A DNA stretch of 64,000 nt from NCBI GenBank assembly GCA_964474825.1, contig CAYYWQ010000001.1:357609-421608 (forward strand), read 5' to 3'. The notes beneath the pieces were generated by a model. It did no database searches. It was not told the origin of the DNA and saw only the letters and a program-made list of their open reading frames with translations. Each line of letters starts with the position of its first letter. The stretch's first letter is position 1. The DNA is from an uncultured Candidatus Saccharibacteria bacterium (lineage in GTDB: Bacteria; Patescibacteriota; Doudnabacteria; UBA920). The position numbers and the translations under genes were made by a program. Positions 58,600-64,000 of the stretch are shown piece by piece.

Positions 58600-60396
58600 T
58601 TATTTTTTCAGAACTGCCAAAAACGCTTCCTGGGGAATGTCTACTTTCCCAATTCTTTTCATCCTTTTCTTTCCCTTTTTCTGTTTGTTTAAAAGTTTCA
58701 TTTTTCTGGTAACGTCGCCGCCATACAAATAACCAGTAACGTCCTTGCGTAATGCAGATATAGTTTCTCGGGCAATAACTTTGCCGCCTATTGTGGCTTG
58801 GATGGCTATCTCAAATTGGTGCCTGGGGATTAGTTTTTTTAGTCTTTCTACTAGTTCGCGGCCGTCTACATTGGCCATACTGCGGTGCATTATGGCGGCA
58901 AGGGCTGGGACGGGTTCGCTTGCGACCATAATGTCTACTTTAACTAAATCCCCTACTCTTTCTTCTATTAATTCATAATTCAAACTGGCGTAGCCAGAAG
59001 ACACGCTCTTTAACTTGTCATAAAAATCTAGAATGATGGTGGAAAGTGGCATTTCAAATTGCATGTCCACACGGCTGGAGCCAATGTATTTTATGTCCTT
59101 GGAAATTGCACGGCGCTGAGTGGCAATTTCCATTATGGGGCCAATGTAATCTTTTGGAGTTAAAATATTTACCAGCATCCACGGTTCATAAATTTCTTTT
59201 ATGGTGGATGGGTCAGGAAATTCTGCTGGGTTGTGCATATAAACTTCTTCGCCATTGCTTTTTATGACTCTGTAGGCGACAGATGGTGCAGTAAGAACAA
59301 GGTCAAGATTATACTCTCGCGTAAGCCTCTCCTGCACAATGTCCATGTGAAGGAGTCCTAAAAAGCCGGTTCTAAAACCAAAGCCAATGGAAGGAATGTT
59401 TATTGGTTCAAAGTCGAGCGAAGCGTCGCTTAACTTTAGTTTATTCATGCCGTCTCTTAAAATTGGATAATCGTCCCCACTTACAGGAAAAATAGTGGCA
59501 TAAACCATTGGCTTAATTTGTTTATAACCTGGAAGCTGCAAAGCTTCTTGGCGATTTTCCCAAAGGGTTATAGTGTCGCCAACACGCGCCTTGCTAACAT
59601 CCCGAAGTCCCGTAACAATATAGCCAACCTCACCGGTGTTTAAAACAGAGCCTTTAAACATTTTGGGTTTAAAGTAGCCCACTTCTAAAGCTTCGGCTTG
59701 GGTGTCACTACCTATCATGTGGATTTTTTCGCGGTCAAAAATTTGGCCGTCTACCACACGCACAAAAGCTACAACACCACGGTGGATGTCGTAAATGCTG
59801 TCAAAAATTAAAGCACGCACCGGGCCGTTGCTTACGCCTTTGGGCGCTGGCACGCGTTCTATAACAGCTTTTAAAATATCTTCCACGCCTTCACCGGTTT
59901 TCCCGCTGGCATACAAAATCTCGTCGTCCGTAAACCCAAAAGCCGCTTTTAGCTCGTCAGCAGTTTTTTGGCGGTCGGAATTTGGTAAGTCTATTTTATT
60001 TATTACCGGAATTAATACCAAGTCGTGTTCCAGTGCCAAATACACATTGGCTAAAGTTTGGGCTTCTATGCCCTGCGTGGAATCCACAACCAAAATGGCC
60101 CCTTCGCAGCATGCTAAAGAGCGGGAAACTTCATAAGTAAAATCCACATGACCAGGAGTGTCAATCAAATTTAGGATGTAGTCGGTAGCTTGTAGCTGGT
60201 AGTTCATCCGTACGGGTTGCAATTTGATTGTTATCCCCCGCTCGCGCTCAAGGTCCATTGTGTCTAAAAGCTGGGCCTTCATGTCCCGCTTGTTGACGGT
60301 GTGGGTAATTTCCAAAATCCTGTCGGCTAAAGTAGATTTGCCGTGGTCAATATGGGCAATAATGCAGAAATTGCGGATGTTATTTAGGTCAGACAT
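58600..60396 (-). CDS. lepA: Elongation factor 4 (LepA)
   Basis: 598 aa. G1 AHIDHGKST, G3 DTPGH, and the LepA-specific C-terminal domain. Confidence 0.95.
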   Translation of the reverse strand: MSDLNNIRNFCIIAHIDHGKSTLADRILEITHTVNKRDMKAQLLDTMDLERERGITIKLQPVRMNYQLQATDYILNLIDTPGHVDFTYEVSRSLACCEGAILVVDSTQGIEAQTLANVYLALEHDLVLIPVINKIDLPNSDRQKTADELKAAFGFTDDEILYASGKTGEGVEDILKAVIERVPAPKGVSNGPVRALIFDSIYDIHRGVVAFVRVVDGQIFDREKIHMIGSDTQAEALEVGYFKPKMFKGSVLNTGEVGYIVTGLRDVSKARVGDTITLWENRQEALQLPGYKQIKPMVYATIFPVSGDDYPILRDGMNKLKLSDASLDFEPINIPSIGFGFRTGFLGLLHMDIVQERLTREYNLDLVLTAPSVAYRVIKSNGEEVYMHNPAEFPDPSTIKEIYEPWMLVNILTPKDYIGPIMEIATQRRAISKDIKYIGSSRVDMQFEMPLSTIILDFYDKLKSVSSGYASLNYELIEERVGDLVKVDIMVASEPVPALAAIMHRSMANVDGRELVERLKKLIPRHQFEIAIQATIGGKVIARETISALRKDVTGYLYGGDVTRKMKLLNKQKKGKKRMKRIGKVDIPQEAFLAVLKK

Positions 60397-60437
60397 AAGC
60401 TTTATTTTAGCAGAAAAAACAGGTTCATAAAAGGCCG

Positions 60438-62072
60438 CTAGTTCTTGGTTTTGTCTGAAAAGTCAGTTTCATCAATCACCTTTTCAACGGCAAGTTTTTT
60501 GCCAAAAATAAAATTAAAGTTTGGCCAGTAATGTAGGTCCAATTTTTTGCAAAAAAATAAAAATACAACCAGGCCAAAAAGGCCGGAAATACTGCCTTGG
60601 ATCAAAAGCCCAAAAACTGTCGCTGTGTTAACAGCCTTGTTCAAAAACATTATTCCAACGTAACAAACCACACCCATTAGCAGGCTTGCGACTAAAACTT
60701 TCCAAAAAGTAGAAAGTATTCCTGAATCAAATTGTTTTAATGCAGCTTGGCCTCTAAAATCTTTTCTAATTAGGTAAAATAAAATTAAAGCATTCCAAAA
60801 ACTGGCGACAACAAAAGCTGTGGTAAGACCAAAAACGCCGTAAGCGCGTCCAAGTAAAACTCCTAAAATAATATTAATTACTATTGCACCAATATTTACC
60901 ATTACAGGAATTTTTGTATTGTGCCTGGCAAAAAATGCCCGGGAAAGTAAAGTGGTTAAGGCTTGGCTTAAAAAGGCAATGCTAAAAATTCCTAAAATTT
61001 GGAAAGTGCGCTGCGTGTCTTCCCAGCTAAATTTCCCGGTCCCGAGTATAAGCCTTACCACATGTTCCCTATATATATAAGTTAGAATAGTAATGGGAAT
61101 TATAAAAAACATTGTTTGCCCAATGCTCTTGCCTAAAGCTAACAAAAACTTTTCATTATTATTGTCTGCAAATAGTTCAGACAAAACTGGGAAAACAGCA
61201 AGGGCAATTGGGTAAGCAAAAACACCAATGGGCACTGCCTGTAAATTGTAAGCTTGGTTAAGTCCGGTAATTGAGCCGGCGGTTAAGGCAGACCCAACTA
61301 CTGTTCCAAGAAGTAAGGTAACATTAGAAAGGTCAAAAGAAAAAACCCTTGGAATGTATAGGTTCCATAATTGTTTTAAATAAAGCCTGCCCCTTGAAAA
61401 TGAAAGCTGGAAACTAATGCCGTGCCAATATACAGCAATTATTTGAGCGAGAAGTTGCGCTAAGGCTCCTAAAATTACTCCATAGCCTAAACCAAGAATG
61501 CCAAAACGTGGGTATAGAAAAATTACTCCAAAAATTATGCCAACATTGTAAAGCAGTGGCGCAAAACTGCTGACTAAAAATAATTTTTTTGCGTTAAGCA
61601 CTGCCCCATAGACTGTGCCTAGGGCAAAAATAATTGGGGAAATAAGAAATAACCTTGTTAGTTTAAGAGTGTCTAACAATTGCTGGTCTACAAACCCAGG
61701 GACTAGAGTGTGAACCAAGGAGCGGGAAAATAATAAAAGTACTAAGCAGATTATTCCAACTACTAAAGAGCTAATTACTAAAATTTGGCTAGTAAAAAGA
61801 TTGCTTTCTTCCTCGTTTTCCGCCCGAATGCTTGTAAAAACGGGTAAAAAAGCAACAGACAACGTACTTGTAACTAACAGGGTAGTTAAAAAGTCAGGAA
61901 TACGGAAAGCTGCGTAGTAACTGTCTAAAATTTGTCCTTGGCCAAAAGTTCCAGAAAATAGGCGTTCTCTATAAATAGCAACAAACTTTATAAGCAATGT
62001 AAAAAAACCAACAATAGTTGCGGCCTTGGCTACTGTAAAGTTGTCTTCAAGAGCTGTAAATTTTTTAAACAT
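60438..62072 (-). CDS. murJ: Lipid II flippase MurJ (MviN)
   Basis: 544 aa, 14 TM, MOP superfamily N-terminal pattern. Confidence 0.85.
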   Translation of the reverse strand: MFKKFTALEDNFTVAKAATIVGFFTLLIKFVAIYRERLFSGTFGQGQILDSYYAAFRIPDFLTTLLVTSTLSVAFLPVFTSIRAENEEESNLFTSQILVISSLVVGIICLVLLLFSRSLVHTLVPGFVDQQLLDTLKLTRLFLISPIIFALGTVYGAVLNAKKLFLVSSFAPLLYNVGIIFGVIFLYPRFGILGLGYGVILGALAQLLAQIIAVYWHGISFQLSFSRGRLYLKQLWNLYIPRVFSFDLSNVTLLLGTVVGSALTAGSITGLNQAYNLQAVPIGVFAYPIALAVFPVLSELFADNNNEKFLLALGKSIGQTMFFIIPITILTYIYREHVVRLILGTGKFSWEDTQRTFQILGIFSIAFLSQALTTLLSRAFFARHNTKIPVMVNIGAIVINIILGVLLGRAYGVFGLTTAFVVASFWNALILFYLIRKDFRGQAALKQFDSGILSTFWKVLVASLLMGVVCYVGIMFLNKAVNTATVFGLLIQGSISGLFGLVVFLFFCKKLDLHYWPNFNFIFGKKLAVEKVIDETDFSDKTKN

Positions 62073-62074
62073 AT

Positions 62075-63961
62075 TTAACGGTTTTGTAATACTTCACCGA
62101 GTAAAAAATCCCTGTCTAAGCTAAAATTATAATTTAAATTATCCATTTGTAAATCCGTAGGTGTAAAATTTTGCCAAACAATTTTTCTTTTAGGAAAATC
62201 TAAGCGGTAGTAAAAATCTGCTGGCAATGCTCCTGGCTGCTTTTGCAGTAACAGGCTGAAATGGTCGGTTTGGTTTAATTTAAACGGCAGTTTATAAACC
62301 AGGGTAATTGTTTTTGTTTGGCCTCCCTTAACAAACAGCCAGTTGCCAAAAAAAGTTTTGCCGGCTTCCTCTCCAATGCTGGTACCGCTGACTAAATCTG
62401 TAACAATGGTTTTTTCCCATTCCTTAACATCAGAGTCTATTTTATAGCCCCCAAAGCCTACCAGTGTGGTTGTATTATAGTCAAAGCCAAGGTTACTGAC
62501 TAGTTGCGAGCCTTTCGGCACCAGCACCCTTATAAAACTGCCGTTAGTAGTGTTGGGCAAATCCGGCATAGTGTTAGTCCTTGTAATAGCCAGAGTGTTA
62601 GTAATACTGCCGTCTTCCGCAATTTCACTTTTTAAATTTACTGATTGTTTTAAATATAAATCGGTCTTGCTACCGCTCAGGTTAGCGCTGTTAATTGTTA
62701 AATAATCCCGGTCAGAAGGTAAAACATTACCGCCCCAGTTAAAATCTGCAATTTCCTGTTGAGCTTTTTCGCTCCGGGAATAAAGCAGGATTTGTTTTTG
62801 CGTCAGGCTGTCTTGAATAATTTGAAGTAACTGCGGAAATTGGTCCTTAGGTAAGCTACCCAAACGAGTCAGTAATACGGGCACTAAGTCTGCCAAAATT
62901 TGCTTGGGCTTGTTGTCTACACGGCTGTAGTTAACTGACGCCTCAACTTGCGTAACTTCCACAAAATTTTCTGCCGTAAGACTGACTCCATAACGCGCTA
63001 ATTCAATGGGACCTGTAAGTTTTAGTAAATTTTGCATCACCGTTGGAGTTAGAACAATAATTTCGTCCGGAGTTTCGCCTCCTTCTTTTTCGTAAAAGTC
63101 AGAAATTTTTTGCGCGCTTTTTGGAAAATCCACGAACCAGTTACTGTCACGCAGAAACCAGGAATCATTAACTGCTACCACGGGAAATGGCGGGCGGATT
63201 TTTTCGTGTAATTGTCCGTCCAGATCATAAATACTGCTAATATTAAGGGAGGTAATAGCCCCGTTTTTTATTTTAACATCGCCGTATGTGCCAATAAAAC
63301 CGCCGCTTGGACGTAGCTCATTGTTATTTTCTAAAATTAACAACAAGCGTTTGTTGCCGCCTACGAAATTATTGGCCAAAGAAAGCAAATCCGCAAAACT
63401 ATGAAAAGCTTTTTGTAGTTCTGAAAAATTTTGCCTGGCCAGCACAAATTTTTCCTTAAAAGACCCTGGTAATGAATTTTCGTTAACAGATAAAAGCAAG
63501 CTGCTGGCTTGGTCTATTTGTTTTAAGGCCTCGTTAATCTCTTCTAAGGATTTTCTTAAATCCAAACCTTGCCTGCCGTCTGCGGACAGTCCACCGGCTG
63601 AAAGATTCCAGTTCTCTAAGGCGCTGTAAGCCTTCCCAATTTTGCTTCCAGCCTGGGAAAGTAAAGATGCCGCTTTAAATAGCTTGTCCGAGTCCTGTTT
63701 TTGAGGAAACAAGTTTAGTAATTGGTTAAGAACAAAATTTTCCTGCTGTAGCTGTTTCTGCCCGGAGTTAAAAGAGTTAAATGCCAGTTGAAATTTATTC
63801 TCAGCTTCATTAAAATTTTTGTTTTGCAAATCTGTTTTTGCTCCAAGCAGTGCTTGGCCACCCTGCACGCCAAATCCAGTGAGCTTGTTTTTTAATTCCA
63901 AACCACTAGCCAACATTTTAAGGCCAAACAGTCCGCCCCAACCACACGCAGCAATTACCAA
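62075..63961 (-). CDS. Large extracytoplasmic protein of unknown function, N-terminal membrane anchor (may be 5'-truncated by the window edge)
   Basis: 628 aa, directly downstream of murJ with a 2-nt gap. Resemblance to a DUF4012-type envelope protein is a guess. Confidence 0.35.
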   Translation of the reverse strand: MVIAACGWGGLFGLKMLASGLELKNKLTGFGVQGGQALLGAKTDLQNKNFNEAENKFQLAFNSFNSGQKQLQQENFVLNQLLNLFPQKQDSDKLFKAASLLSQAGSKIGKAYSALENWNLSAGGLSADGRQGLDLRKSLEEINEALKQIDQASSLLLSVNENSLPGSFKEKFVLARQNFSELQKAFHSFADLLSLANNFVGGNKRLLLILENNNELRPSGGFIGTYGDVKIKNGAITSLNISSIYDLDGQLHEKIRPPFPVVAVNDSWFLRDSNWFVDFPKSAQKISDFYEKEGGETPDEIIVLTPTVMQNLLKLTGPIELARYGVSLTAENFVEVTQVEASVNYSRVDNKPKQILADLVPVLLTRLGSLPKDQFPQLLQIIQDSLTQKQILLYSRSEKAQQEIADFNWGGNVLPSDRDYLTINSANLSGSKTDLYLKQSVNLKSEIAEDGSITNTLAITRTNTMPDLPNTTNGSFIRVLVPKGSQLVSNLGFDYNTTTLVGFGGYKIDSDVKEWEKTIVTDLVSGTSIGEEAGKTFFGNWLFVKGGQTKTITLVYKLPFKLNQTDHFSLLLQKQPGALPADFYYRLDFPKRKIVWQNFTPTDLQMDNLNYNFSLDRDFLLGEVLQNR

Positions 63962-64000
63962 AAAAATTGCTAAAGTTTTAGCAATTGAAGCCTGTTTAAC

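Overview
The window is a gene-dense, low-GC (about 38-40%) bacterial chromosomal segment. Genes are short and tightly packed, often with overlapping stops and starts. Gene content points to a reduced-genome, CPR/Patescibacteria-like organism; this is an inference from content only, not from any homology search. The core is housekeeping: thrS, map, adk plus a second adenylate-kinase-family paralog, a KefB-like antiporter, cysS, dnaB, recR, rplU, serS, lysS, greA, gyrB, pheS, a complete F1Fo ATP synthase operon, a P-type cation ATPase, murI, cspA, lepA and murJ. Four tRNAs sit on the minus strand: Asp-GUC, two CAU tRNAs (one elongator-like, one initiator-like) and Thr-CGU. I saw no rRNA, CRISPR array, transposase or integrase. 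The most unusual parts are: (1) an envelope glycosylation locus with a WecA/MraY-family transferase, a processive GT2 synthase with a QxxRW motif, two GT39/ArnT-like transferases and small secreted proteins; (2) a compact co-directional string RmuC / 91 aa / NYN / 65 aa / PIN / 112-aa membrane protein next to a UvrD-nuclease fusion, which may be a TA or defence module; (3) three extra small ORFs inserted inside the atp operon; (4) a free-standing PheT-type tRNA-binding domain gene in front of pheS with no pheT; (5) two large membrane proteins carrying pilin-like globular domains without a prepilin leader; (6) a family of AT-rich palindromic intergenic motifs built around GTATTTTGTAT; (7) tRNA-Thr bracketed by a 17-bp palindromic direct repeat; and (8) a GC-rich two-gene membrane-protein cassette that looks horizontally acquired. 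Functional calls rest on motifs I could read in the translations. Nothing was searched against a database.
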